NCBI RefSeq assembly: GCF_030144855.1
Contig: NC_082709.1
Coordinates: 38,564,001 to 38,628,000, forward strand
Source of the DNA: Hypanus sabinus
Lineage: Eukaryota
Length of the DNA: 64,000 bases
Direction of reading: 5' to 3'
In this document: in pieces, positions 12,490-27,000 of the stretch
Layout of the letters: every line of letters begins with the position of its first letter
Position numbering within the stretch: position 1 is the first letter of the stretch
Position numbers and translations under genes: made by a program
Notes under the pieces: model-generated
What the model was told of the DNA's origin: nothing
What the model saw: only the letters and a program-made list of their open reading frames with translations
The model's database searches: none

Positions 12490-15400
12490 GAACACAGCTG
12501 CCTTTAGCAAAGAATTCCACAGATACACTACTCTCTGGCAAAAAAAATTCCTCCTCATCTCTGTCTAAAAGGACACCCTTCTATTCTGAGGCAGTGTCTT
12601 CTGGTCTTAGACTCTCCCACCATAGGAAACATCCTCTCCACATCCACTCTTCACCATTTGATAGGTTTTAATGAGGTCACCCCTCATTCTCTGAATTCTA
12701 ATGAATACTGGCCCAGAGCTATTAAACGCTCTTTATATGACAAGCTATTCAATCCTGGAATCATTTTCATGAATCTTCTTTGAAGCCTTTCCAGTTTCAG
12801 CAAATCCTTTCTAAGATAAAGGGCCTAGAACTGCTCACAATACTCAAAGCGAGGCCTCACCAGTGGTTTATAAAGTTTCAACATTACATCCTTGCGTTTA
12901 TATTCTAGTCCTCTTGAAATGAATGCTAACATTGCATTTACCTTTCTCATCACAGACTCAACCTGCAAATTAACCTTTAAGGAATCCTGCAGAAGGACTC
13001 CTAAGTCCACTTGTGTCTCAATTTTTTGTATTTTCTCTCCATTTAGAAAAAAAGTCAGACCTTTCATTTTTTCTACCAAATTGCAAGACCATACACTTCC
13101 TAACACTATATTCCATCTGCCAGTTCTTTGGCCATTCTCCTCATCTGCCTAAGTCCTCTGTAGCCACCCTATCTCCTCATACTACCTGACCCTCCACCCA
13201 TCTTCATATCATCTGCAAACTTTGCAACAAAACCATCAAAACCAACATCCAAATCATTAACAAGTAATGTAAGAAGAATTGGACCCAACACACACTCCTG
13301 TGGAACACCACTAATCATAGGCAGCCAACCAGAAAAGGCTCCGTTTATTCCCATTCTTTGCCCCCTGCCAATCAGCCACTGCTTTATCCATGCTAGAATC
13401 TTTGCTGTAATACCATGGGCTTGTAGCTTGTTAAGCAGCCTCATGTGTGGAACCTTGTTAACCACCTTCTGAAAATCCAAGTACACAAGATCAAGTCATT
13501 CTCCTTTGTCTATCCTGCTTGTTGTTTCTTCGAAGAATTCCAACAGATTTACCAGTCAACATTTCCCCTTGAGGACACCATGCTGACAATGGCCTATTTT
13601 ATCTTGTGCCTCCAACTACCCTGAGACCTCTTCCTTAATAATCAACTCCGACATTTTCCCAACCACTGAGGTCAGACTACCTGGCCTATAGTTTCCTTTC
13701 TTCTGCCTCTCTCCCTCCTTGAAGAATGGAGCAACATTTGCAATTTTCCAGTCTTCCAGAACCATTCCAGAATGTATTGATTCCAGAAAGATCACTACTA
13801 ATGCCTTCACAATCTCTTCAGTCACCTCTCTCAGAACCCTGGGGTATACATTGTATAGGTGACTTAACAAACTTCAGACATTTCAGTTTTCCAAGAACTT
13901 TCTCTCTAGTCATGGTAACTTCAAACACTTCATGACCCCTGACACCTGGAATTTCCACCTTACTGCTAGTGTCATCCTCAGTGAAGACTCATGCAAAATA
14001 TCTGTTCAGTTTGTCCCCCATTACTACCTCTCCAGCATCATTTTTCAGTGGTCCGATATCCAGTCTTGCCTCTATTTTACACTTTATGTATCTGAAGAAA
14101 CTTTTGGTATCCTCTTTAATATTGTTAGCTAGCTTACTTTTATATTCCATCATTACCTTCTTAATGACTTTTTAAGTTGCTTTCTATTGGTATTTAAAAG
14201 CTTCCTAATCCTCTAACTTCTCACTAATTTCTGCTCTATTATATGCCCTCTCTTTGGCTTTTATGTTGGCTTTGAATTCCCTTGTTAGCCCCAGTTGTGT
14301 CATCTTGCCTTTAGAATATTTCTTCCTCTTTGGGATGTGTATATCCTGCACCTTCCTAATTACTTACAGAAATACCAGCCATTGCTACTTTGCCATCATC
14401 CTTGCCAGTGTTCTTTTACAATCAATTCTGGTCAACTCCTCTCTCATGCCTTTGTAATTTCCTTTACTCCATTGTAAGACTGATACATCTGACTTTAGCT
14501 TCTCCCCAAACTTCAGGATGTATTATATCATATTATGGTAATTTGTCCCTAAGGGTTCTTTTACCTTAAGCTCTCTAATCAATTTTGGTTCATTGCACAA
14601 CACCCAATCCAGAATAGCATTCCAATCTCATAGGCATTCTAGAAATGCCACACCAACAGAATTTTCCCAATCTGCCTGCATATTGAAATCCCTCATGACT
14701 ATTGTAACATTGGCTTTTTGGTATCTATTTTCTACCTCCCCTTGTAACTTGTAGACTGCATCATAAACAAGAGAAAATCTGCAGGTGCTGGAAATCTGAG
14801 CAACACACTCAGAATGCTGGAGGAACTCAGCAGGCCAGGCAGCATCTGTGGAAAAAGTAGAATCAATGTTTTGGGCTGAAACTCTTTGGCAAGACAGACC
14901 ACATCATTACTACTGTCTGTCTGTATATAACTTCCATCAGAGTCTTTTTATCCTTGTAATTCCTTAGCTCTAAACACAATGATTCAATGCCTTCTGACCT
15001 TATGTCACCACTGTCTAATGATTTAATTTCATTTTTTTACCAACAGAGCCACACCACCAGCTCTGCATTCCTACCTATCCTTTAGACATTAAGCTCCTGG
15101 CTATAATTTTCTTTTAGCCATAATTCAGATTCTGCCAATCTGTAACTGTACTACAAGTTTATTGACCTGATTCCGTATACAGCACACATTTAAATATCCT
15201 TAGTCCTGTATTCACCTTTATCGATTTTGTCCACCTTTTATATTGCAGTGCATCCTGTTGACTGCAATTTTGCCCTATCATCAGCCTCTCCTAGCTAGGA
15301 AACTCACTACATCTCGGCTCTGTTTGTAAACCACCTACCTCATCTTCAGCACTATCACTCCTGCTCCCATCCCCCTGCTAAATTAGTTTAAACCCACCTG

Positions 15401-16120
15401 AACAACTCTGCTCAGTCTGCCCACAAGGATATTGGACCCCTTCAGGTTCAGGTGTAAACCGTCCCTTTTGTACAGGTCGTATCTTCCCCCAGTGAGATGC
15501 CAATGATCCATAAATCTGAACATCTGTCCCCTGCACCAGTTCCTCAGCCACACATTCATCTGCCAAATCATCCTATTCTTACCCTCACTGGCATGTGGCA
15601 CAGATGGCAATCCAAAGATTACTACCCTGGAGATTCTGTTTCTCAGCTTTCTAACTAGCTCCCTGAAATCTTTCTTCAGGACCTCCTCACCTTGTCTACC
15701 TGTGTCATTGGTGCCAATATGCACCAAGACTTAGAATATAGAACATACAAAACCGACAGCACAATACAGGATCTTCGGCCCACAATGCTGTGCTGAACAT
15801 GTGGTTATTTAAAAAAATTACCTAGGGTTACCCATAGTCCTCTATTTTTCTAAGCTCCGAGTACTTCTGGCTGCTCACCCTTATCCTTGAGAAAGGCATG
15901 CACACAATATGAGACATCACTGATCCTGGCAGCGGACGGGGAAACAAACCATCCAGGTATCTCTATTGCACCCACAGAACCTCATCTCTGTCCACTGACT
16001 AAGGAATCTCCTATCAACACTACAGTCCTCTCTGCTCTTTTGAAATACAGCACCAGACTCAGTATAAGAGAACTGGTTGCTGTGGCTCCCCCGGTAGGTC
16101 ATTCCCCTCAATACTATCTA
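12490..16120 (-). mobile_element. Degenerate CR1 (ORF1 esterase plus ORF2) with small nested inserts
   Basis: VHIGTND, DGLHLN, NYRPGSL, YLDFQK, GVPQ and KFADD motifs on the minus strand. Confidence 0.87.
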
Positions 16121-16129
16121 AAGTTATAT

Positions 16130-16640
16130 ACACATTATATGGTCACCTCCCTACAGGAAAGATGTAAATAAGGTGGAAAGAGTACACAGGAAATTAACAA
16201 GGATGTTGCCAAGTCTACCAGGACCCGAGTTACATGGAAGGATTGAATAGGTTAGGATTTTATTCATCGGAATGTGGAAGGTTGAGAAGGGATTTGATGG
16301 AGGTATACAAAATTACAAGGGGTGGAGACAGGGTAATTGCAAGCAGGCTTTTTCCACTGCGGTTGGGTGGGACTACAATTCGAGGTCATGGTTTAAGGGG
16401 AACATGAGGGAAAACTTCTTCACATAGAATGTCATGAGCGTGTGGAATGAGTTGTCAGCACAAGTGATGCATGGGAGCTCGATTTCAACCCTTAAGAGAA
16501 GTTTGGATAAGTACATGGATGGTGAGGGTATGGTGGGCCATGGTGCCAGTGCAGGTCCATGCGAGTAGGCAGTTTAAATGGCTTGGAATGGAGTAGATGG
16601 GCCAAAGGGCCTGTTTCTGTGCTGTACTTTTCTATGACTC
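16130..16640 (+). mobile_element. CR1 3' end
   Basis: RT C-terminal and 3' UTR sequence like the other CR1 tails in the window. Confidence 0.75.
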
Positions 16641-17340
16641 TAGCTTCTCTTCTCTCACTAATGGGCTCAAACACAGTCCACTTACAAAGAAAATAAAAGG
16701 GCTACTAATTGTTTAAAAATATGTTAACCGTTTTGAACATGACTATTGCCTTTAATTTGTCTTTCATCTGCAGCACTAAAAGCAAATGTTTGTGTCAGCT
16801 ACCAATTGAGTTCACTTCTGCTCATTCACTATTGTTAGTCTCGGTGGAACACCAAGTGTGGACCCAATGCTTTGTATTCTTGCATGTATTTAGTGTAGGC
16901 ATCCAGAGACAAAATAATTCTTCTAAATATTTAATGTGTCATTACTTGTTTCACCCAGAAACAACACGTACTTAGAGAAAATTTAATTGGTTTGTAGTTT
17001 TAGACTCTTCTGTGTAAATAACAATTTGTGGAAAAATTTCAATTTTTTTATGAAGTTATTTTGTCAGAGAGTGAGACTGGCATGGCCTTCTCAGATATGA
17101 CTGGAATGTTTTGTACTACTCACTTCCTTATGTTTCAACTTATTTTACCTTTGGTATAAACAGGTTAATGCAGCTTTTACCTCCAATCCAAGCCAAATTA
17201 CCTTGTCATTTATCTTGATGATCGAGTGGTTAAGACAATGGATCGAAGCATCATATAGACTATTCAATTCTAGGTTCTGAAAATCACCTTATTTGGGTGA
17301 ATTATAACAGAATGTTCTAGAAACAAGTCAGGAAAGAGAA

Positions 17341-17541
17341 GGGCGGCACAAATAGCGTAGCTCTTACCATTATGCTATTACAAGACCAGTGACCCAGGTT
17401 CATTTCCTGCCATTGTCTTTGAAGAGTTGGTATGTTTTCTCAGTGACCTCTAGTGCTCCGTTTCCCTCCCACACTCCAAAGATGTATGGATTAGCAGAAT
17501 AATGGGTCACATGAGTATAATTGTTACTGTGCTGTATCTCT
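17341..17541 (+). mobile_element. tRNA-derived V-SINE (HE1-like)
   Basis: GGGCGGCAC start, box-B-like GGTTCATTTCC and V-domain-like GTGCTCCGTTTCCCTCCCACACTCCAAAGA. Confidence 0.65.
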
Positions 17542-18016
17542 AAAAGAAAGAAACAGAGTTAATGTTCGGTGCAAAGACTGGGAAGAAGAGAATAAATGTT
17601 AGTATTAAATTTATAAGGAGGATGGGCGAGGAATGAATAGGATTGAGGGAATATCTATTGTGCTCTGCAGTTCCACTTTATTATTCATTTAATTCAGTAC
17701 TGCAACAATTTACTTTTTTACTTCCTTTCCAGGGGAAAAGATAGTAAATTTGAAGAGTGCTTGATTGTAACTTCCTCTCACTTTCTTCTGAACCCATCTC
17801 TTCCTTTGTCCCACTCTTTGTTGTATTTTCTCTGTACTTTCTGATCATGCTCTCTCTAATCCAGTTCTCAGCAGAAACCTGGGCTTCATTCCACGTTCCT
17901 CACCCTACTGACCAAAGTGAATTATGAGTTGAACATAACTTTGGATTCTTAATTAAAAGAGGAAGTGCTGAGAATCCTCAAAGTTCATGGCAAAATCAGT
18001 TATCAAAGTATGTAAA

Positions 18017-18560
18017 CACTCAGTGGTACCTAATAAGTGGCTACTTTAGTATTTGTTCATGGTCTTTTGCTGCTGTAGTCCATCCACTTCACGTTTCAAC
18101 ATATTATGCATTCAGAAGCGCTCTTCTGCACACCACTATTGTAACATGTGGCTTTCTGAGTTACTGTAGCCTTCCTGTCATCTGGAACCATTCTCCTCTG
18201 ACCCTCTCTCATTAACAAGGCATTTTCACCCACAGAAGTGTTGCTCACTGGATGTTTTTTTTGCTTTTTTTTGCAAATTCTCTGTAAATTCTAGAGTCTG
18301 TTGTGCATAAAAATCCCTGAAGATCAGCAGTTTCTGAGATACTCAAATCACCCTGTCTGGTACCAACATTCATTCCATGGTCAAAATCTCTTAGATCTCT
18401 TTTCTTCCCCATTCTGATATTTGGTCTGAACAACAACTGAACCTCTTGACTATGTCTGCATGCTTTTATGCTTTGAGTTACTGACACATGATTAGCTGAT
18501 TAGATATTTGCATTAATGTGTTGGCATACAAGTGTACTTAATAAAGCGGCCCTAAGTGTA
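18017..18560 (-). mobile_element. Internally deleted Tc1-like element
   Basis: CACTCAGTGG...AAGTGTA-type termini; N-terminal transposase HTH remnant MGKKRDLRDFDHGM...SISETADL. Confidence 0.75.
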
Positions 18561-19714
18561 TGTTACTATGTATGACCTCAAGATTCATTTCCTTGCAGGC
18601 TTGGGTTGTGAGGAAGTTTGATGATGGATGCTGCCTTTCTATGGAAACGTTTCATGTTGATGTGCTGAATGGTTGGGAGGGTTTCACCATGATGTACTGA
18701 GCTGAATCCACTAACTTTTGTAGGATTTTCCACTCAAAGGTGTTGATATCCCCATACCAGGGCGTAATGTAGTCAATCAGCACACTTTCCACCACACATC
18801 TATAAAAGTTTGCCAATGTGCAAAGGCTTATTTTGTTATCAAAGTATACAACTCTGAAATTCTTCAATTCTCCAGTTAGCCAAGAAACCGTGAAAGAAAA
18901 GAAAGGCAGCACAAACATCAACCCCCAAATCCCACCTCCCCACAAAAAAAGCATATAAGAATGGAACAGGCACATTGACCTCCAAATCCCTCCTCCTGCA
19001 CTAAAGCCAAACAAAATGGATGAGGCACATTGATCCCCAAATCCCTTCTCCCGCACAAAAAAAATACAGACAATATGGATCAGGCACATTGACCTCCAAA
19101 TCCCCCTCCTCACACAAGAAGATCGAGCGAGAAAACTATAAGATATAAACTATAAGACTGAAAAAAGAGTCTATAGTCCAAGTCCACACGCAAAACACAT
19201 AAAAAACCTAGGCAACACTCCAAACACAGCAGTAGGCTCACCCCTCTCTGGTACAGAGCAACTGATCAAAAGACAAGCAGCTGGCGCTCACTGTCTGCAT
19301 TCGCTTCAATGCTTCAATCTCCCCTGTCACTTTAATTGGCGAACAATGGAAGTTAAAATCAGAGAAATGGAGCCATACATCGGCTTGCACCCCATTCTGC
19401 AGCCTGCCTGCCACGAGATTTGTACACCTTGCCTCTGCCTCCCGCAGTCAGAATCCTCTCAAAGTCTGCAGAGCACTGCAACACCTAAAATGATCACCAA
19501 ACTTCCATATTCACCTTGATGCTTCAATCGCTCTCGTCGCTATAATCGAACAATAATCAACGAAATGACGATGTACCAAATCCCCACAGATGCTTGAGGA
19601 AGAAGGGGATTCATATGATTTCTTCACAATCATACTTATATGATGGATCCTCTGAGATAGTGACACCCAGGAATTTAAAGTTACTGATCCTCTCTATCTC
19701 TGATCTTCCAATGA

Positions 19715-22535
19715 CTTGGAGCTGTGGCTTGATAACCTACAGCTTATTAGGGAAAGTGAGATAGAGAGGAGCTACAAGGAGTTAGTCACCCCAAGGTGCA
19801 GGAGTTAGATAATTGGATGACTGTCAGAGAAGGAAAGGGAAGTGCTCAGGTAGTAGAGAGAACCCCTGTGGCCATCCCCCTCAGTAATCATTACCTCATT
19901 TTGAAGGCTGTTGAGAGGGGTGACCTGACAAAGGACAACCAGGGTGATAGGGTCTCTGGCACTGAGCCTGGTTCTGTGGTGGAGCAGGAAAGAGGAAGAT
20001 GAGGAATGCAGCGGTCAAAGGGGATTCCATAGTGAGGGGAACAGACAGGAGGTTCTGTCAGCCTGATAGAGATACCCGCATGGTGTGTTGCCTCCCAGGT
20101 GCCAGGGTACGGGATGTCTCAGATCAGGTGCAGGAAATGCTGAAGGGAGAGGGTGAACAGCAACAAGTCTTGGTACACTTTGGTACCAATGACATGGATA
20201 GAAAAAAGGGAGGAAGTCCTGAAGAGAGGATTCAGGGAGTTGGGTAGGAAGCTGAAAATCAGGACATTCAGGGTAGTAATCTCACGATTACTGCCTGTGC
20301 CATGTGCTAACGAGCTCAAGAATAGCATGATCGGGCATAATATTGCATGGCTGAGAGACTGGTGTAGGCGGCAGGGCTTCGGTTTCCTGGATCATTGGGG
20401 CCTTGTCTGGGGAAGGTACGACCTGCACAAAAAACATGAGTTACACCTGAACCTAACGGGGTCAAATATCCCAGCAAGCAGGTTTAATAGAGCTGTTAGG
20501 GAGGGTTAAAACTAATTTGGCAGGGGAAGTGGGAATTGTAGTTGTAGGGCTAAGGAAGGGGAAAACAGAAATAAATCAAACATAGCATACAACAGAAATG
20601 ATAGAAAGGACAGGCAAGAGATGAGGCATTGTCACAGCCAGTGGGATGAGTTACAGGGCAATAGTGGTGTGGTGCAGTTAAAACAGAAAACAACAAATAT
20701 GGGACTGAAAGTGTTATATTTGAATGCACACAATGTAAGAAATAAAATGGATGATCTTGAAATTCTCTGAAACTTGGCTGAAGGATGGCTGCCATTGGGA
20801 GCTGAACGTCCAAGGATATGCAGTGTAAAGGAAAGATAGGTTGGTAGGCAGAGAGGATGGTGTGGCTCTGTGTGTAAGAAATAATATTAATTCATTAGAA
20901 AGAGATGACATAGGATCAAAGGGTGTAAGTCTTTGTGGGTAGAGTTAAGAAATCGCAAGGGTAAAAGGACCCTAATGGCTGTTGTATACAGGGATGTGGA
21001 TTACAAGTTACAGCAGGACATAGGAAAGAAGGCATGTCAGAAAGGCAATATCATGATAATCATTGGGGATTTTAATAAAAGTGGATTGGGAAAACCGGGT
21101 CAGTATTGAACATCAAGAGAGAGAATTTGTAGAATGTCTAAGGGATGACTTTTTAGAACAGCTTGTTGTTGAGCCCACTAGGGAATCGGCTGTGCTAGAT
21201 TGCATGTTGTGCATTGGAACTAAAGGTTAAGGAACCCTTAGGGAACAGTGATCACAATATGATCAAATTCACTTTGAAATCTGAGAAGGAGAAACTAAAA
21301 TCCAATGTATCCGTATTTCAGTGGAATAAAGAAAACTAAAATGGCAAGAGAGGGGAACTGGCCAAAGCTGACTGGAAAGGGACACTAGCAGGAAGGACAG
21401 CAGAGCAGTAATGGCTGGGGTTTCTGTGAAAAATTAGGGAAGTGCAAGACAGATATATTCCAAATAAGAAGAAATTTTCAAATGGAAGAAGGACACTACC
21501 ATGGCTAACAAGTGAAGTCAGAGCCAAAGTAAAAGCAAAAGAGAGGGCAAACACATGAGTCGGTGTTGGACCCGCTGCTTTTTGTGATGTACATCAATGA
21601 TTTGGACTATGGGATTAATGGTTTTGTGGCTAAATTTACCAATGATACGAAGATAGGTGGAGGCATGGGTAGTGTTGAGGAAACAGAGAGGCTGCAGAGA
21701 TACTTTTTAGATAGTTTAGGGGAATAGGCAAAGAAGTGGCAAATGAAATGCAATGTTGGAAAGTGTATGGTCATGCACTTTGGTGGAAGAAATAAACAGG
21801 CAGACTATTATTTAGATGGGGAGAGAATTCAAAATGCAGAGATGCCAAGCGACTTGGGAGTCCTTGTTAACCTCCAGGTTGAGTCGGTGGTAAAGAAGGC
21901 AAACGCAATGTTGGCATTAATTTCTACAGGTATAGAATATAAGAGCAGGGATGTGATGTTAAGGCTCTATAAGGCACTCAAGAGACCACATGGAGTATTG
22001 TGTGCAGTTTTGGGCTCCTTATTTTAGAAAGGATATATTGACATTGGAGAGGGTTCAGAGAAGATTCACGAGAATGATTCCAAGAATGAGGGGGTTACTG
22101 TATGAGGAATGTCTGGCAGCTCTTGGGCTCCATTCTCTGGAGTTCAGTAGAATGAGGGGGGATCTCATAGAGACATTCCACATGTTAAAAGCCCTGAACA
22201 GATTAGATATGGCAAAGTTATTTCCCATGGTAGGCAAGCCTAAGACAAGAGGGCATAACTTCAGGATTGAAGGACGTCCATTTAGAACAGAGATGCCGAG
22301 AAATTACTTTAGTCAGTAGGTGGTAAATCTGTGGATCTTGTTGTCACGAGAGGCTGTAGAAGCCAAGTCATTGGGTGTATTTAAGGCAGAGATTGATAAG
22401 TTGTTGATTAGCCAGGACATCAAAATGTATGGGGAGTAGGTAGGGGAGTGGAGATGACTGGAGGAATTGGATGGCTGAGCAGGCTCAATGGGCAGAATGG
22501 CCTACTTCTGCTCCTATATCTTATGGTCTTATGGT
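19715..22535 (+). mobile_element. CR1 LINE with a large internal deletion at about 21555
   Basis: ORF1 esterase (GDSIVR, CLPGARV), then endonuclease, then an abrupt jump into RT; (CTTATGGT)2 tail. Confidence 0.88.
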
Positions 22536-24017
22536 GCTGTATTATGATTCTTGGCTCATGGACCACATCTGTGGAAGAGAAACAGTGCTAACATTTCACC
22601 CTTTACCAGAACCAGGAAGAAGTCAAAAGAAGCTTGTTAAACTGCAGGGAGGGTGGAGAGGATGTTTCAGATAGGGTAAAACTATCAGAAACAATCTCTC
22701 CTCCATTCTCCCTGAATTTTAACAGAGACCCTGAAAACCAGCTGTAAACAAAGTTACCCATTCAGTGGGTGATTGGGAACAGTTAGAAATTGGGACAATT
22801 TTGTTGATAATAGAACACAGATAAAAGAGGAGAAAATTCTGGAAATACTCAGCAGATCTGGTTGAATCTGTGGAAAGACAAACAGGTTCAACAGTTCAGG
22901 TCAAAGATCCATTCTCCCTTTCCAAACTGAAATGTTGACTCATCTCCGCTTCCCATACATGTGGCTTGACCTACTGAGAATTTCCAGCATCTGCAGATTT
23001 CATGGCCAAAAGAATGTAGAGCAGGAAGATGTGGCCAACAGAAGAAAAGGGGGTGGGGATTTGGAATGGGTGGAGGAAGGCTGCAGAAAAACTAAACAGC
23101 TGAGCTGATATCAAAGATGGGAAATTAATACTGAGAAATTAAATTACTTGAAATTGTAGAATTCAATATCAAGTCTTGAAGGCTGCAACATGCCCAGATG
23201 GAAGATTGTATTGGGTCTCAATACAATCTCAGTCTTGATTCTCAAGCTTGTTTTGGGTCTCATTGCAACAGTACAGGAGGTCACAGATTGATAGGTCTGA
23301 GTGAGAGTGGGATAGAGTTAAAGTGACAGGGTATGAGAAGTTTGAGGAGAGATTCCTGCCCAGTATCCACAAGAGGGACTATTTGGACAGATCCATTGTG
23401 TCAATCTGTTCTAGCTCCACCAAAGTCATTGCTTCCTACCTGGAATCCACCTTTTCTTCCTGGTTCAGGAACAGTTATAACTTCGCAACCATGAGGCTCT
23501 TGAACCAGTGAGGATAACTTCAGTCAGCTTCACTCGCCCCATCACTGAAGTGTTCCCAAAAACTATAGACTCATTTTCAAGGACTCTTCATCTCATGTTC
23601 TCGATAATATTTATTACTTATTAATAATGTTTATTAATTAATTTTTTCTTTTGTTTTTTTGTAGGGTTTGTTGCCTTTTTCACGTTGGCTGTTTGTCAAC
23701 CCACTTATCTTCAGAGCAACCCTGGGCTCATCTCATCAGAGATATTCCCTTTGTCCTATCCAGTACACCCCTCCCATCTTCTTGGCAACTTAAAAGCAAT
23801 AGAAATTATGCTCATTCATAACTCTGATGACGGAGTTTCAGCTTGAAACATCAACTGTGTTCCTCTTCTCACAGAGGTGATCTGACCTACTTAGTGTTTC
23901 CAGCATTTTCTGTTTCTTTTAAATTTCAGATTTTCAGCTCCTATGGTTCTTTTGATTTTTATTTAACACTTGAACTTTTATATTTTGATTGTTTCAAATA
24001 TAATAAACATGTACTTG

Positions 24018-27000
24018 TGGCGGCCATTGTCGGAGTGAGCTGAGGCAGAGTGGTACGGCTTTGGCTCAATCAGGCTTCGGCGAGAACAGGCAGAGGCGAG
24101 GTTTGAATGGGGTACAACTGCACAAAAGCATGAAAGTCGGCCTCTGAGAACAGTGGGGGACTTTAAAAAATGACCAGAGGCTGAGTACGAGCTTCACTCC
24201 AGGTGAGGTAAGGCCAGGTAAGCTCCTTTAATTGACCTGATTAGCTTAGGAGTAGGTAATGGAGGCAGCAGTTAGGGCAGTTGAGTGCTCTGTTTGCAGT
24301 ATGTGGGAAGTCAGGGTGAGCACTGTTGTCCCTGATGACTACACCTGCAAAAGGTGCATCCAGCTGCAGCTCCTGACAAACCGTGTTAGGGAACTGGAGC
24401 TGGAACTGGATAAACTTCGGGTCATTCGGGAGACAGACGCAGAAATAGACGGGAGTTTCAGGGAAATAGTCACCCCTAGGAGTCAAGAGGCAGGTAGTTG
24501 GGTGACTGTCAGGAGAGGGAAGGGGAATAGACAGGAAGAGCAGAGCACCGCTGTGGCCGTTCCCATCAACAATAAGTATACCGTTTTGGATACTTATTTT
24601 GCTTACGTTTTGGACCTACCAGGGACAAGTTGCAATGGTTACGTCTCTGGCACCGAGACTGGATGCTCAGCTCAGAGAGAAGAAGGGAAAAGAGGAGAGC
24701 AGTAGTGATAGGAGATTCGATAGTTAGGGGGACAGATAGGAGGTTCTGTGGAAGAGATCGAGAATCCCGGATGGTCTGTTGCCTCCCTGGTGCCAGGGTC
24801 CGCGATATCTCAGATCAAGTTCTCAATATTCTCAAGAGGGAGAGTGAGCAGCCGGGTGTCGTTGTCCATGTAGGGACCAATGACATGGGTAGGAAGAGTG
24901 AGGAGGTCCTGAAAGGTGAGTTTAGGGAGTTAGGTGCCAAGTTAAAGGACAGGACCTCCAGGATAGTAATCTCAGGATTGCTACCAGTGCCACGTGCAGG
25001 TGGGTTCAGAAATAGTAAGATAATGCAGATCAACACGTGGCTGAAGACATGGTGCAGGAGGGAGGGCTTCAGATTTATAGATAATTGGGCAGTTTTCCAG
25101 GGAAGGTGGGACCTGTTCTGGTGGGACAGTTTACATCTGAACTGGAGGGGGACAAATATTCTTGCAGGTAGGTTTTCTAGAGAGGCTCCAGTGGATTTAA
25201 ACTAGATACAAGGTGGGAGGGGAACCAAAGGGTAGGAACAGATGGATGGGAGAAGGAAGAAAAAGAAGATAGTAAAGTTCTTTGTACTGTTAGAGATAAA
25301 CAGAGAGAAAGAGGTGGAGAATTTCTTAAATGCATTTATTTTAATGCTAGGAGCATTGTAAGAAAGGTGGATGAGCTTAGAGCATGGATTGATACCTGGA
25401 AATATGATGTTGTAGCTATTAGTGAAACATGGTTGCAGGAGGGGTGTGATTGGCAACTAAATATTCCTGGATTTCGTTGCTTCAGGTGTGATAGAATCGG
25501 AGGGGCAAGAGGAGGAGGTGTTGCATTGCTCGTCCGAGAAAATATTACTGCAGTGCTTTGGCAGGATAGTTTAGAGGGCTCATCAAGAGAGGCTATTTGG
25601 GTGGAATTGAGGAATGGGAAAGGTGTAGTAATACTTATAGGGCTGCATTATAGACCACCTAATGGGGAGCGAGAATTGGAGGAGAAAATTTGTAAGGAGA
25701 TAGCAGATATTTGTACTAAGCACAAGTTTGTGATTTGTGGGCGATTTTAATTTTCCATGCATAGACTGGGAAGCACATTCTGTAAAAGGGCTGTATGGTT
25801 TGGAGTTTGTAAAATGTGTACAGGATAGTTTTTTGCAGCAATACATAGAGGTACCGACTACAGAAGGGGCAGTGTTGGATCTCCTGTTAGGGAATGAGAT
25901 AGGTCAGGTGATGGACGTATGTGTTGGGGAGCATTTCGAGTCCAGTGATCACAACACCATTAGTTTCAGTATAATTATGGACAAAGATAGGACTGGACCC
26001 AGGGTTGAGATTTTTGATTGGAGAAAGGCTAACTTTGAGGAGATCCAAAAGGACTTAGAAGGAGTGGATTGGGACAATTTGTTTCATGGGAAGGATGTAA
26101 TAGAAAAATGGAGGTCATTTAAAGGTGAAATTTTGAGGGTACAGAATCTTTGTTTTCCTGTTAGGTTGAAAGGAAAGGTTAAAAGTTTGAGAGCACCATG
26201 TTTTCAAGGGATATTGGAAACTTGGTTTGGAAGAAGAGGGAGGTCTATAATAAATATAGGCAGCATTGGGTAAATGAGGTGCTCGAGGAACATAAAGAAT
26301 GTAAAAAGAATCTTAAGAAAGAAATTAGAAAAGCTACAAGAAAATACGAGGTTGCTTTGGCAAGTAAGGTGAAAGTAAATCCAAAGGGTTTCTACAGTTA
26401 TATTAATAGCAAAAGGATAGTAAGGGATAAAATTGGTCCCTTAGAGAATCAGTGGACAGCTTTGTGTGGAGCTGAAAGAGATGGGAGAGATTTTGAATAA
26501 TTTCTTCGGTATTCACTAAGGAGAAGGGTATTGAATCGTGCAAGGTAAGGGAAACAAGTAGGGAAGTTATGGAAACTATGACTGTTAAAGAGGAGGAAGT
26601 AGTGGCACTTTTAAGGAATATAAAAGTGGATACATCTCCGAGTCCTGACAGGATATTCCCTAGGACCTTGAGGGAAGTTAGTGTAGAAATAGCAGGGGCT
26701 CTGACAGAAGTATTTCAAATGTCATTAGAAACAGGGATGGTGCTGGAGGATTGGCGTATTGCTCATGTGGTTCAATTGTTTAAAAAGGGTTCTAAGAGTA
26801 AACCTAGCAATTATAGGCCTGTCAGTTTGACATCAGTGATGGGTAAATTAATGGAAAGTATTCTTAGAGATGGTATATATAATTATCTGGATAGGCAGGG
26901 TCTGATTAGGAACAGTCAACATGGATTTGTGTGTAGAAATCATGTTTGACAAATCTTATTGAATTTTTTGAAGGGGTTACGAGGAAAGTTGATGAGGGTA

